In this document: positions 44,321-56,256 of the stretch, one piece after another | Position numbering within the stretch: position 1 is the stretch's first letter | Layout: the number at the start of each line of letters is the position of its first letter | Origin: Octopus vulgaris | Lineage: Eukaryota | Reading direction: 5' to 3' | DNA: 64,000 nt | NCBI GenBank assembly: GCA_951406725.2 | Contig: OX597832.1 | Coordinates: 15,934,001-15,998,000 of the forward strand | Notes under the pieces: generated by a model | The model's input: the letters and a program-made list of their open reading frames with translations, nothing else | Database searches by the model: none | What the model was told of the DNA's origin: nothing | Translations under genes and position numbers: made by a program

Positions 44321-46303
44321 TATATATGCATGTATATACACACAAAACAACATCAAATATAATTATAAAAGAGCTGTAAATGATATATAAATATATAGTT
44401 TACAGAGGTACATACATACACACACATATAGATAGACACAGAAACATATAGAGAAATACATATATTAGTGTATTTATAAGTGTGAAATAATGAGATGGGT
44501 GACATGGAGACAAGGAGAGACAGAAGAAGAGAGTGTGTGTGAGATTGCATTCTTGTATGTATTTATAGAGATGTATATGTTCTTAATTTATGCGTACGTA
44601 CCGCCCGAAATATTACACCTTAGATTTGTATAGAGAGAAATCTATATTTCGGATTACCATCTCGTGTACTATTCCTTGTGAAGACTACACAATATCTTCC
44701 ACTATTTTATTGCTTCGTTCAGATTTATGTAATGCTTACTCAATTTGTAGAATGCCCCCAATGCCCGTGAAAGAGAACAGGGAAATATTTTAAAGTGAAT
44801 GTTTTGACCGATTATTGACAAAAGTGTGGAACGCATTAAAAGTTCCCCAGAAGTCAGTTGTTGTTTCCCCTCTATAACAAGTATTGCGTTTACAACGCTA
44901 ATAATTCAGAATAGACTTCGGTTTCAAAACAGAAGATAAAAAACGGCAGTCAAATATTCTCTAACAATGACGTGCTATTACTGCTTGAGATTAGTCGCAG
45001 GTTTATCGATCTGTCAGTATAAAGGAAGACAAATAGCTTAAGCGTTCTGTTTAATGCAATAAAATTGTAACATACCCTTCTACACATCCATTCAAATCAA
45101 AGGGCATGCAAGCATAAACACATACCATCACCTCCTTGTGTGGCTTGTATTTGTGGGGATATAAGACGTAAGTGGAAATATCTGTTATTGTCACAGATTA
45201 TCTTCCAACGTGTAACACAAGATATATCAGAGATAATATCAAAAATTACCGTTCTTCTATATATTATACCCTTCACGGATTGCCACACTTCTTTCCACTG
45301 AAAGCTCAGTTTCCTTAAGAAACATAGAAGATATTACCTCCGGTATTTATATGTCTATTTTTAAGTATTAATGATGTACGTAAAGACGGCACGCCCGTGT
45401 GCATATTTCGAAACATTTTTACAGGAAACATTGCAGCACTCACGGTTCCCACTTTCACAGTTAGGAGACTTAAGGATATTGTTTCAGGACACAAGTCCTA
45501 AATATCCACCGTTAAGTTTTCACGATTTATCCAAATACGGGAAAAGTGACCACAGTGTATGTCAAAACTGTTTTTGTTTTAATTTCTCAGCAACACACAC
45601 TAACAATAGTTCCTTACATATTGTAGGGCTACTATATCACCCACCTGTACAAAATTGAAAATGACATCTTATGACATTGCTTGCAAAAACAATCTATACA
45701 TATCCACGGAGACATTAGGTTGCTCTAGGGACAATATGTTCTGCACATATTCAGCCCCGAACAAAAGAACTATTCCTGCGCATCTACCTCAATCCTACGT
45801 TATAAACGTATTGTGAATTGCCGATATTACTCGGAAGAAGCGTGACAATCAGTTAATGCCAAATTATGGAAATATACTGATTAGAATTACTACAATACTA
45901 TCAACTGTGAATAATTCTTGTAACTACACAATGATTTACACCTAAATCTCCTTTAAATATTTGATTTAAACTTACTTTCAACAAATTTAAATGTGACTAA
46001 GTATTCTCAAGTGTCTTCTAAATTAATTTACCGACTTGCTCCACATTTCAAATATGACAGTTGCATTCCCGTACTCATGCCTCTGAAAATATTTCGTGTT
46101 AATAGTAAATATACTTATTTCTGCAATGTGGAATTCATTCTCTTGCACACCCAACTTGAAGCTTCAACTCCCAGAAATGATTTGCTACAAATAAGTAGTT
46201 CCTTTACTTCAACTAAGTAGCCTGAATGTCTATGCATACGAAATAAACTGATGAGCTATATCTATTTTTGGCGTATGGAACCGTCTAAATTAAAACAAAC
46301 ACA

Positions 46304-46680
46304 GGCGCTGATGTGACTGTGTGATGAGAAGCTTGCATCCTAACCACATGGGTTCGGTACTTTGGACAAGTTTCTTCAACTATAGTCGCGGACCAACCAA
46401 AGCTTTTTGAGTAGATTTGGCAGTAGGAAACTGAAAGCTCATCGTATATATATGCATGTATGTATGTTTCAGTGTGAGTGTATGTGGTAGTGTTTGTCAC
46501 CACTGCCGCTTGACAATCGGTCATAGTGTGTTAACACCGCCGAAACTTAGTGCTTCGGCAGCAGTGACTATTAGAATATGTATCAGCCTTTTTAAAAAAT
46601 ATTAGTACTGGGTTCGATTCATTCCATTAATAGTTCGATATGGTGAAACAGACTGGCAGGAAAAAGTAAGCAATAAAAGG
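46304..46680 (+). mobile_element. Degenerate SINE family A
   Basis: ggcgctgatgtgactgtgtgatgagaagcttgc...aaccacatgg...ggaaactgaaag...gcttgacaatcgg. Confidence 0.8.
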
Positions 46681-47216
46681 AATGGTATCTGAAATTCGTT
46701 TGTGCTACCAAAGATTCAAGAAATATAGAATTTGGAATAAGCTGAGTGTCACGCTTGAAATCGGATTACTTTGACCGTCATTTCTTTGCGACAATTTCAC
46801 TGTCCTTCGCTGGCTCTTGATAATAATGTCTCACATAGAGCTTCTGTGGTTGCTTTTGTTCTTAAACGGATTTATCTCTGTCACTCTGCGATATATTTTG
46901 AATGCTCTCTCGAATTCCTTATTGTGAAGCACCAACAACATTCCTGTTTGAGTGATCGGAATTACTCCCTGATGTCATGTAAGTTTTACAGAGTAAAAAT
47001 TTGTTTTCTGGGTATGAGTAAGGTCATTCTTCATCACACTTAGTTTATACTAGTGAATATATGCCTGTTACTGAAATGTTTTCGGTGATGTTATGACATT
47101 CCGTACTAGCGTTATATATGAATGGTAGCGAGTGGCAATACTGCATTGAACGATGAAATAATTATAAGTATAATCAAAAAGATAGTCACTTACTCTAATA
47201 AAGCTCGTATTCGGAG

Positions 47217-47359
47217 TTGCATTGACTACGATTTGTGTCCAGCCACATCTACATATTTTCCCTTTCGTAAGATATCTGACATCAAAAACGGTAAATTGGA
47301 GTCATGAAATAATGATTTCCCATTAAAGAACATTAAATTGTCAAGCTATACTGACAGAG
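47217..47359 (+). repeat. ~143-bp direct repeat, copy 1 (copy 2 at 49297-49439)
   Basis: ttgcattg.ctacgatttg...ttccctttcgtaagatatctgacatcaa..a.ggtaaattggagtcatgaaataatgat...ctgacagag. Confidence 0.9.
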
Positions 47360-49296
47360 TTATTTTCTTATTTTTTATAAATGTTAAATGTGCATTACCT
47401 TTCATTGCCAACGGTTACGAAAGGAGGTGCGATTGTATAGTCATGGGTAATGTGTACGAAGAACAGTGATTGGAACAAACCCAAACATTGCGACAGTGTA
47501 GCACTAATGTAGTAAAAGTAAGACCTTTATGTGTAAATTGTCAGTTTGATAAATCGCCAAGATATTCCCCGCCAAATTTTACTGTGTATTTTCCATTGGA
47601 ATATGCTTGGCATCGACAACGGGAAGCATTGTAATATCGGGTTCAACAACATGTTATCAACTATTTTCTTTCGATAATCAGTGTCCTATTATTATATGAT
47701 AATATTCAACTACATCTTTAGTTGAGATTTACTTATAAATTAATAATAATAATAATAATAATGAGGAGTGAAAGAACGAGAGAATATTAAACACGTTTCG
47801 TTGCAGTAAATTATTCAAAACGCTCCACATGTTGGCAACATTCTTCTGAAATTATTTAAGATGTAAAACAACAAGAAAAGAAGACAACAAATGTCAAATG
47901 TTCATATCGAAATTATGAATAAATTGTAACTCCCCAATACATCATTGCTGATGAATGTCATTACACTATTCTAGTTTCTCTGTCGCAAATGCTTTAAACT
48001 ACAATGAATACTAATTTCCTAGACAAAGTCACAATATTCATTATCCATAAAATCCATGTTCACCTTTTTATTTCATACAGCATCGCAGTAATTTAAAAGT
48101 TTTCAGTCGACATTTACTGCACTTAATACACTTATTTAGGTTTCTCCTAATTTCAAATCAATATTTTTTGGTTTATTCACCCAAATCGGATTCTTAGTGC
48201 AAATACATATGGAGATGCCTTAACTGATCCTAATTCTTAAAATGTCTATCAATATTTTTAACAAACAAGATAATGCTATGTTTATTGTATCTTAAAATCA
48301 TAAATTCTTTAGGCAACGCCTTTTTATACATTAACAAAAATATTTCCATTTGCACAATTTATTAATTACTATATAATTCTAATTCTTTCAATTATTTCTC
48401 ATTAATATTCTATTTGCATTAAATGCTTGTCACCAGAAGTTTTCTTCTCTTTAATGATTACCTCATTATGCACAGAATATTCGTAGAACAAATGCTGGAA
48501 GCTATGACTGATATATTTGCTGATGTGTCTCATACCATTCTCTCTTCCAATGAAATGACGAATTACAGCAACAGATAATAATAATCATTATTTGCATCCT
48601 TGAGACGATCATAAATAAACTATGATTCACCAAGAAGTTGATATATGAAATGTCATTCTTGTAGAACTTTCGTCTGTTACAGTGATGGAGTTAAAGGTCA
48701 ATAAAATTGTTGATATTTTTGTTGCAAAAGCAGACATTTTGTATGTCTCTGCGTCGCTTCTATTCTCGGTAACTCCGTTTACATTTAGCAGAAATAAATA
48801 CCATATTTGGGAAACTTTCGCCTACATGTGTTCATTTGCTGTATAATTATTCGAATTTAAATATATTATTAAAGTATTGTCGCGTCTTTATTGATTCCAT
48901 TTGTTATTCTTTAGAATTGGAACTGAAAGATGGAATGGCATTTCAGTAATTTCTATTTTGTTATCAAAAATTATTGTGATTCCTGAGAGTAAAGTGATAT
49001 TCATGAAGTGGACATGTGGTTCCATCAACTTAACATTGTTATTAGCAAACCGCGTTTAAATTTAACAAATAAAGCGCCGAACTGTCAGAGTAGTTTACAG
49101 TAGGTATTTTGTTATTCGCTTCAACTCTCCCGGTTTGCGTTCGAACCTTACATATTTTAACTGCGACATTCATCGTTTGTGTCTCGTTAAAATGGCTCTC
49201 ATAAAGAGCGTCGAAATGGCTATCTCCCATAAGTACGGTCACGTTGTTATATGATACCCGTTCCAAATATTATGGTTCTGAAAATAACATCTGCTC

Positions 49297-49439
49297 TTGC
49301 ATTGGCTACGATTTGCGTCAAAACACATCAATATATGTTCCCTTTCGTAAGATATCTGACATCAACAAAGGTAAATTGGAGTCATGAAATAATGATCTCT
49401 CATTAAAGATCATTAGATTGTTAAGCTACACTGACAGAG
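49297..49439 (+). repeat. ~143-bp direct repeat, copy 2
   Basis: Matches 47217-47359, offset 2080 bp. Confidence 0.9.
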
Positions 49440-50165
49440 AATCCTCAAGAATATATGCATTTGTAATTACTATAAACATGCATGATTCGATGTGAATTAT
49501 CATATGTGAATTTGTAACGTATTTGTAACGCAAGATGAATTGAAGTAGTCGTCTAATTATTCGGCACGTTATCTTCAAATGTCGCTGCAGTCAGGTTTGC
49601 TGAGCTTCCTATCAATAACAACTAAATCTGCAAGATTGCGACGTCCTTGCAGTTGTCGGGATGCTAGATAGATTGCCGTGCGTTGTTTCCTTATTTACTT
49701 AATGTATTACATGGTCACAGGGCTTAAAGTGCTCCGTATCCGTATTTAATAACTTCTCTCATTTGGTGAGTGTGTATACATAGAATAAAACATACTTGCG
49801 TATAACTTGTTCAATTTTTCCGACAGCTAATTTTTACCGGAGAGGGTAAACAAATGTCATTTTTACTGTCCTTATTTCGCTCACCGAAAGTAATATTTCA
49901 ATTTTGAGTAAGAAAAAAGGCAGCTAATTATACAAGTTATTCAAATTTAACCATCTATATAATTCCTTTCGTTATGAAGCACATCCTTCCCTCTACACAC
50001 AAGTATATAAAATTCATTGGCGAAAAACCCTTTGGGTTTGATGAAAATGAGTTACGAAAAGTGCCCTCGCGTGGTTAAGAGTTCATTTGACTCGCATTTC
50101 TAGCAATGCTGGATGTCAATAGCACCCAACTATACTCTAAATATATATTTATGTAGATGAAATTA

Positions 50166-50217
<52 letters not shown>

Positions 50218-50243
50218 AACCTCGCTAAGATAAATATTTCAAT

Positions 50244-50312
50244 TACCTGAAGATTGACCGTAACCATAACTCGAATTATTACGAATTGGACAGCCATGAA
50301 ACGATCGTAGTG
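50244..50312 (+). ncRNA. Type I hammerhead ribozyme motif with palindromic helix III (partly decayed)
   Basis: TAC CTGAAGA T TGACCGT...ACAGCCA T GAAA CGATCG TA|GTG; perfect palindrome ACGATCGT, GUA cleavage after 50309; ATTAAA ~20 nt downstream; follows (TA)n. Confidence 0.65.
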
Positions 50313-50447
50313 TTTTACTCATTATCTTTTATTAAACTTTTAATACTTTTGATATATATTTAAAATAATATAAATTAATTAATTTTATGTATTGGGTTAA
50401 GTTTTTCATTGTTTGATTTGCCTAATAGTGGTTTTATCTCTAATTTA

Positions 50448-50492
<45 letters not shown>

Positions 50493-50641
50493 TTCCTTTT
50501 TCCAGTAACGAAAAGTCACTGAAATCGTAAAAGTGGAAACAAGCAGGTATAAATCTATAAGTGAAGTATAAGCAGTAGATGTAAGTCATGGTGTGTCTAT
50601 TTCCCATACATGCACACACACACAAATATATATAAATATAA

Positions 50642-50677
<36 letters not shown>

Positions 50678-50719
50678 ATGTGTGTGTGTATGTATATATA
50701 TTTGTGTGTATGTGTTTGT

Positions 50720-50900
50720 GGAGGCGCAGTGTCTCAGTGGTTAGGGCAGCGGACTCGCGGTCATAGAATCGTGTTTTCGATTCCCAGACCGAGCATTCTG
50801 AGAGTTTATTGAGAGAAAACACTTAAAATCTCTAGGATACTAAAGTACGGGATAGTGACGAACCCTGCTGTACTATTTCACCACAGATTTCTCTCACTCT
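50720..50900 (+). mobile_element. tRNA-derived SINE, family C (tRNA-Arg-like head)
   Basis: GGAGGCGCAGTGTCTCAGTGGTTAGGGCAGCGGACTCGCGGTCATAGAATCGTGTTTTCGATTCCCAGACC: A box, anticodon-arm-like GACTCGCGGTC, B box TTCGATTCCC. Confidence 0.7.
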
Positions 50901-51105
50901 TTAGTCTTGTTTCTGTTGTACCTCTATTTCAAAGGGCCAACCTTGTCACAACAGCCAGAGCAAAATTGCATAACTGGGAGAACTGTCTACATGCAATCAA
51001 GCTTTATGCATTGTACTCAAAAACTCTCGTCTGCAGACATACATGGAGCAGTGATACACGTAATAATGAATACTGGGTTCTGCAGAGACAAAACGATGTC
51101 ACGGT

Positions 51106-51266
51106 GTATCATACATCAAAATGAAGCTGGTCTTCTGTGGATCACATCCCTACTCCTCAACATAGTCGTCTTTTCCCTCAATAGCAATGATCCACCTTCG
51201 AAAGAGAGCATGTATCCCTGCCCTGTAAAATTATGTTGCCTGTTCTTTGAGCCACTTCTTCACTAC
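51106..51266 (-). mobile_element. Inverted second copy of the mariner 3' region
   Basis: Reverse complement of ~51371-51532 (tatcatacatcaaaatgaagctggtc...tgttctttgagccac.tcttcactac). Confidence 0.8.
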
Positions 51267-51280
51267 CTCCACACTCAACA

Positions 51281-51617
51281 GATTTAGCGCCTTCAGGCTT
51301 ACATATTTTCGGCACCATGAAAGAGGGTTTGAGAGCCAAACATCATTCCAGTGATGAGGAATTGAAAACCGTAGTGAAGAGGTGGCTCAAAGAACAGTCA
51401 ACAGAGTTTTACGTGGCAGGGTGACATGCTCCAGTTCGAAGGTGGAATATTGCTATCGAGAGAAACGGTGACTATTTTGAGAAATAGGGATGTGATACAC
51501 AGAGGACCAGCTTCATTTTGATGTATGATAGACGTTCCTGTGTTGGTAATTATACTTGTCCTAAACAACGCATTACTTTTTAACTCACCTGGCATTACTT
51601 TTTGACTCACCCGCGTG
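51281..51617 (+). mobile_element. Mariner transposase C-terminus plus 3' TIR (decayed)
   Basis: DLAPSGLHIFGTMKEGLRAKHHSSDEELKTVVKRWLKEQSTEFYVAG*HAPVRRWNIAIERNGDYFEK*; terminal ggcattactttttgactcaccc...gta. Confidence 0.88.
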
Positions 51618-52435
51618 TATTTGCATGCAGAGATATATGTGTATACAGACGGAAACTCAATCCCACACATCTTTTACTGGATTTGCAATTCAAACATGAA
51701 GACTAAAATTATTTCTCAACAGGATAAAAACTAATTTGGGAATATTGCAGCTGAGCCACCATGGTCTTCACGGAATATAGATATACATGGAACTTAAATA
51801 ATTTGCAGGATATTCTTCAAAGTCAGAAGAAAAATTCATTCTATCGTATGTAATCTCAGCTAAGAAAAATGATACATTGAAAATTAAATACGTCTCGTTA
51901 TAGCACACTCATATTAAGTAAAGGCAATCGATCCAACGCGTTGTCTAGTAAGTCTGTGATGCCGTTAGATTGGCACCATCTCTGTCGAAACTGAATGAAA
52001 GAAAAAAACTATAAAGAAGTATGCTAAATGAAAGTTGCCGAAGTTTTCTTTATGTAATTTAAAAATGCAAATCGGGAGCAGCATTTTTCTTAAAGCGTAG
52101 CGCTGTAGATTAATTTCCAGCAAACAATAAAAATAGTACGACGTAAACAGAGCGATTTCCTATAATCATATACGTTTCTGTATGAGAAGATAAGTTAAAG
52201 ACGATTTTTAAAAGTAGTGCGTTATTTTTGTTCGCATAGAACACGTAATCTACAGAAGACATGTAATAATAATAGTGGTAGAAGTAATTATATTACGATT
52301 TATCATTTAGTTTTCAAACTACCGAACATGCTGTAAATTACCTCAGCATTGTGGCGAATTTTTAGAATGGAGATCATAGAAATATACAATATTCACATAC
52401 ATGCATATATATATATTTATATATATATATATATG

Positions 52436-52756
52436 TAGGTCCCGGGTTGATTCGGGGTTAACCACAGTAAATAAGGTACTCAATACATAGCAGAGTAAAA
52501 TTAATTTATTATATAGAAGGAGCTTCTACAGGACTAGAACTGTTTCATTCAAGAGAAATCTTCAGGAAGCTAGTTAACAAGAATTGTATTGGCATTTATA
52601 CATTTAGGCAGGTTTAAAGGGGTGGTGGTGGTTGACTTTTGGGGGGTAGGCATAGCGCAAAATATCATACTTGGGGGAGTGGTCAAGGAGTCAGTGGTAA
52701 ATTAGATAAAAGAATAAATAAAAGAATAAAAAAATATATATAAAAAAATATATATA
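52436..52756 (-). mobile_element. Short non-coding hammerhead-bearing element (Penelope pLTR / retrozyme-like) flanked by TA-rich tracts
   Basis: Contains a complete hammerhead followed by AATAAA on the minus strand; TA-rich tracts on both sides; no ORF. Confidence 0.6.
52521..52571 (-). ncRNA. Complete type I hammerhead ribozyme motif
   Basis: Minus: AGCTTC CTGAAGA T-TTC-TCTT-GAA-T GAAA CAG-TTCTAGTC-CTG TA|GAAGCT. Perfect 6-bp helix I, helix II 3 bp plus U.U, 4-bp helix III ACAG/CTGT, GUA cleavage between 52527 and 52526. Confidence 0.85.
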
Positions 52757-53129
52757 ACCGTCGTGAGACAGGTTAGTTTTATCCTACCGATGCATCGCGC
52801 GTACGCGGCGCCCCGAGTCGCGTCGGGGTACTCGGCGTGCGGTCGAGGCGGCGGCGCGCTCGCGCGTCGTCCGTCCTGGCCGTGCCGCCGGCGTTTCTCC
52901 GGCCGACCCTAGGCGGGCGTCGGCAACGTCAACTCGGCTACGGCTATCCCGTCCAGTACGAGAGGAACCGCGGGATCAGAGCAACGTTTTGCGCGCTCGC
53001 TCGATAGAGCGGTGGTGCCAGGCTGCCTCTGAGCGATAACGGCTGAACGCCTCTAAGCCGGAACCGTAGACGGACCCGAGTTGTTTTCCAAAAGCGTCTC
53101 AACCTCAAGGCGCATGCCTTAGCTCGGCG

Positions 53130-53130
<1 letters not shown>
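52757..53130 (+). rRNA. Dispersed 28S (LSU) rRNA 3'-region fragment (pseudogene copy) including the sarcin-ricin loop
   Basis: ACCGTCGTGAGACAGGTTAGTTTTA, SRL AGTACGAGAGGAAC (52955-52968) and CTGAACGCCTCTAAG are conserved eukaryotic LSU motifs in the correct order; GC-rich island between TA tracts. Confidence 0.92.
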
Positions 53131-53168
<38 letters not shown>

Positions 53169-53180
53169 AGCATGTATGTA

Positions 53181-53559
53181 TTCTCTTTTACTTGTTTCAG
53201 TCATTTGAGAGCGGCCATGCTAGAGCACCGCCCTTAGTCGAGCTAATCGCACCCAGGACTTTTTCTCAGTCAGGATAGTACTTATTCCATTGGCTCTCTT
53301 TTGCCGAACCGCTAATCTCGGCGACTTAAACACACCAGCATCTGTTGTCAAGTGATGTTTGGGGAGGGGACACCGACACACAAACACACACACACATATA
53401 TATATTTAAATATATACATATATACTGCGGGCTTCTTTCAGTTTCCTTCTACTAAATACACTCAGAAGGCTTTGATGAGGCTATAGTAGAAGACACTTGT
53501 CCAAGGTGTCAAGCTGTGGAACTGAACCTGGAACCATGTGGTTTGTAAGCAAGCTACTT
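53181..53559 (-). mobile_element. SINE family A with the first ~23 nt of the head missing
   Basis: Matches the other copies up to aagcaagctactt, then switches abruptly to tttattt. Confidence 0.88.
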
Positions 53560-55474
53560 TATTTAACAAAAAATTGACATAAAGGCACGATACAGAGTAT
53601 GCACGCTCGATAAAAAACATTGATGAGACAAACAATGAAATACAATGCCATTAATGGGAGAAGATAAAAATCGGCCGCAAATTTTTTGCTTCTCTAAAAC
53701 AATTGTTTTTTACAGAGAAAACAAACCGAGGAATTGAAATATTCTTACTTCCGTTTTACAATTGTTGGAGTTAATAATCCATTTACAAATTGAAACGTCC
53801 TTATTTTTAACACAAAAAAAAAACACAAAAAAAACAAAACGAGGAATTGAAACCCTTACTTCCGTTTTGCAATTATCGGACTAAATAGTCCCTTTACAAA
53901 TTAAAACATCCTTATTTTTAACACAAAAAAAACAGACAAACCGGAGAATTGAAACTCTTACTTCCGTTTTTAAAATTATTGGTCTTAATAGTCCCTTTAC
54001 TTATTTTTAACACAAAAAAAACAGACAAACCGGAGAATTGAAACTCTTACTTCCGTTTTTAAAATTATTGGTCTTAATAGTCCCTTTACTAATTAAAACA
54101 TTATTATTTTTTACACAAAAATAGAACGTGGCATTGAACATCTTACTTCCGTTTTTTTCAATTCTGGGGCTTCATAGTCCATTTAGAAATTGAGGCGCTA
54201 AGCCTCTTACACATTTAAACATTATAACACTGAGGCTTTTCAACCTCTTATCAATTTTCCGCTCCAACATTGCTTGTGTCCGTAAACTCCCCCATCGCCC
54301 ACGCCCTGTTTAAAACCAAGGCGAGCTCCGAGTCGGCGTCGCCCGGCCACAGGCACTATTCCTCCTTGGAACTCTGCAGCCTACGCATCATGCGTAACGT
54401 TATGGCCTCCACAGCCACATGCAGAAACAATTCGGAGTCCCTGTGTGGAAGTCAAAGAGAGAATATCCACCAACTTTTCCGCCTCTCCACCTCTTGTAGA
54501 AGAAGACTAATATTTTGTCTTCCTCCAGGGTCGAAGTAGTCAATTGTGCCGCCAACGGTATCTCTTCCTTTGCCGATGGAACTACCCCTACCGACGACGT
54601 TCCGAGACGTTCCGGTACTATGTCCCTGACTCTCGTCACTATCCCATTTTTGATCCCCTTCTTCATTTTTTCTTCTCAAATACGGGACGATGCGTCTCCT
54701 CCGTAATCGTGAGATTCGTTTCCCCTATTTCATCCCTAGGGTCCTTCGGTGAGCAATCATTATTGCTTACCTTCTTCTTGCGGCCTTTCTTTGAGGAGTC
54801 CTTCGCATTCTCGGCCGCTTTCATTCCTTCTTCTACAGAAGTTTCCATCAATTGCTCCAGGACTTTGCTTTGTTCCTGAGGACAGTTTTTCGTTATATGG
54901 CCAGGATCCAGTCTCCAGGCACCTACGACACCTGGGAGCGACCCTCAAGAATCACTGAATACCTGCACCCAGCCATCCTCAAAAAATCTTGAAAACACAG
55001 ATTATCGACTGATTGGGTTCATAGGGTTGAAACTGCTTTCGACTCTACCCAATCAGCCGCAGGCAGAATTTTGACAATAAGAAGTTGTCTCTGCTGCAAA
55101 CCAAAACCCCGACGGATAGAGTCTTCTATCCATTCGGGCTCTATTCCGGCTGGCAGGCCATGCACCGAAGCTCTTGTCACTTTCCCCCCACCATATGTGG
55201 GTAGAAACACAATTTTCTCCCCCTCCAAGGGATGGCTCGTAAAATTTCGAGCCTTCCCAGCGCAGTCAAACAGTAACCACACCATTTGCATATTTACCAG
55301 CCCTTGCAATAAACAGATATTCTGCCAACTCCTTTTCCATATCGCCTGTTAGTACACAGTGATGGTGTCGAAGGACTTATTATATGTCCTCAACATCACT
55401 GTTCTCTCATTAAAGTTTTTCCCAATTGTTGTGGGCCATAATTTGCCACCCCGATACAGTGATTTTTTTACCAT
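53558..55474 (-). mobile_element. Decayed LINE ORF1 (gag-like) element with a tandem-repeat 3' region and no visible ORF2
   Basis: Frameshifted minus ORF: MVKKSLYRGGKLWP...ERTVMLRTYNK / LEGEKIVFLPTYGGGKVTRASVHGLPAGIEPEWIEDSI / ILEGR-PRCRRCLETG (Zn-knuckle-like) / K,E-rich tail; AATAAA on the minus strand at 53558-53563. Confidence 0.55.
53718..54195. repeat. ~90-110-bp minisatellite, about 5 imperfect units
   Basis: Recurring gaattgaaa..cttacttccgtttt..aatt.t.gg..ttaatagtcc.tttac...ttatttttaacacaaaaa. Confidence 0.88.
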
Positions 55475-55995
55475 GCTTGGTGAGAGGAAATTGACAAGAT
55501 CTTGAGTGTTAACTTTTCTAAAGAGGCATACTGAGAAAAATTAAACTGCACCCGGGAACATGTGCGAAGGAACTTACCTTAAAACCCACTGAACTAATAT
55601 AATTCTAAACAATCATTTTCAGAATACGAAATATTTACTACAATTTACTGAATGTATAAGCTACGTAATCACAGACGAAATGATTTCTCGAATATGTATC
55701 TTCAAAACATATATGTCTGCAAATGATGTTATGACAAATGAAATGCCGTTAAACATATGATTTCTATCTAATTAATCCCAGACACAGTCGGAAGTAAATC
55801 GTTTAGCTTCTCTTAATTATACCTTGATAGTCTATGAAGTATACATCATTAAATATACATGTGCAAAATTCTGTCTGAGAATCTTATTGTGGTTCAGAAT
55901 TCCATTATTGAGTATATGTTTGTAGATTCCGAAGACATTATAAGAGTTGACATCTAATAACAAAAGAAATGAATACAATATTTCCTGCTGATGAA

Positions 55996-56031
55996 TATAT
56001 CTATATCTATATATCTATCTATCTATCTATA

Positions 56032-56108
<77 letters not shown>

Positions 56109-56109
56109 G

Positions 56110-56148
<39 letters not shown>

Positions 56149-56165
56149 GTCTATCTGTCTATCTG

Positions 56166-56217
<52 letters not shown>

Positions 56218-56256
56218 CCTATCTATCTATCTATCTATCTATCTGTCTGTCTATCA

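Noticed and set aside
50720-50795. Functional tRNA gene
   Set aside because: Acceptor stem does not pair and the sequence continues into a SINE-like body
53718-54195. CRISPR-like periodicity
   Set aside because: Whole units are similar (no unique spacers), the context is eukaryotic and there are no cas genes; it is a minisatellite
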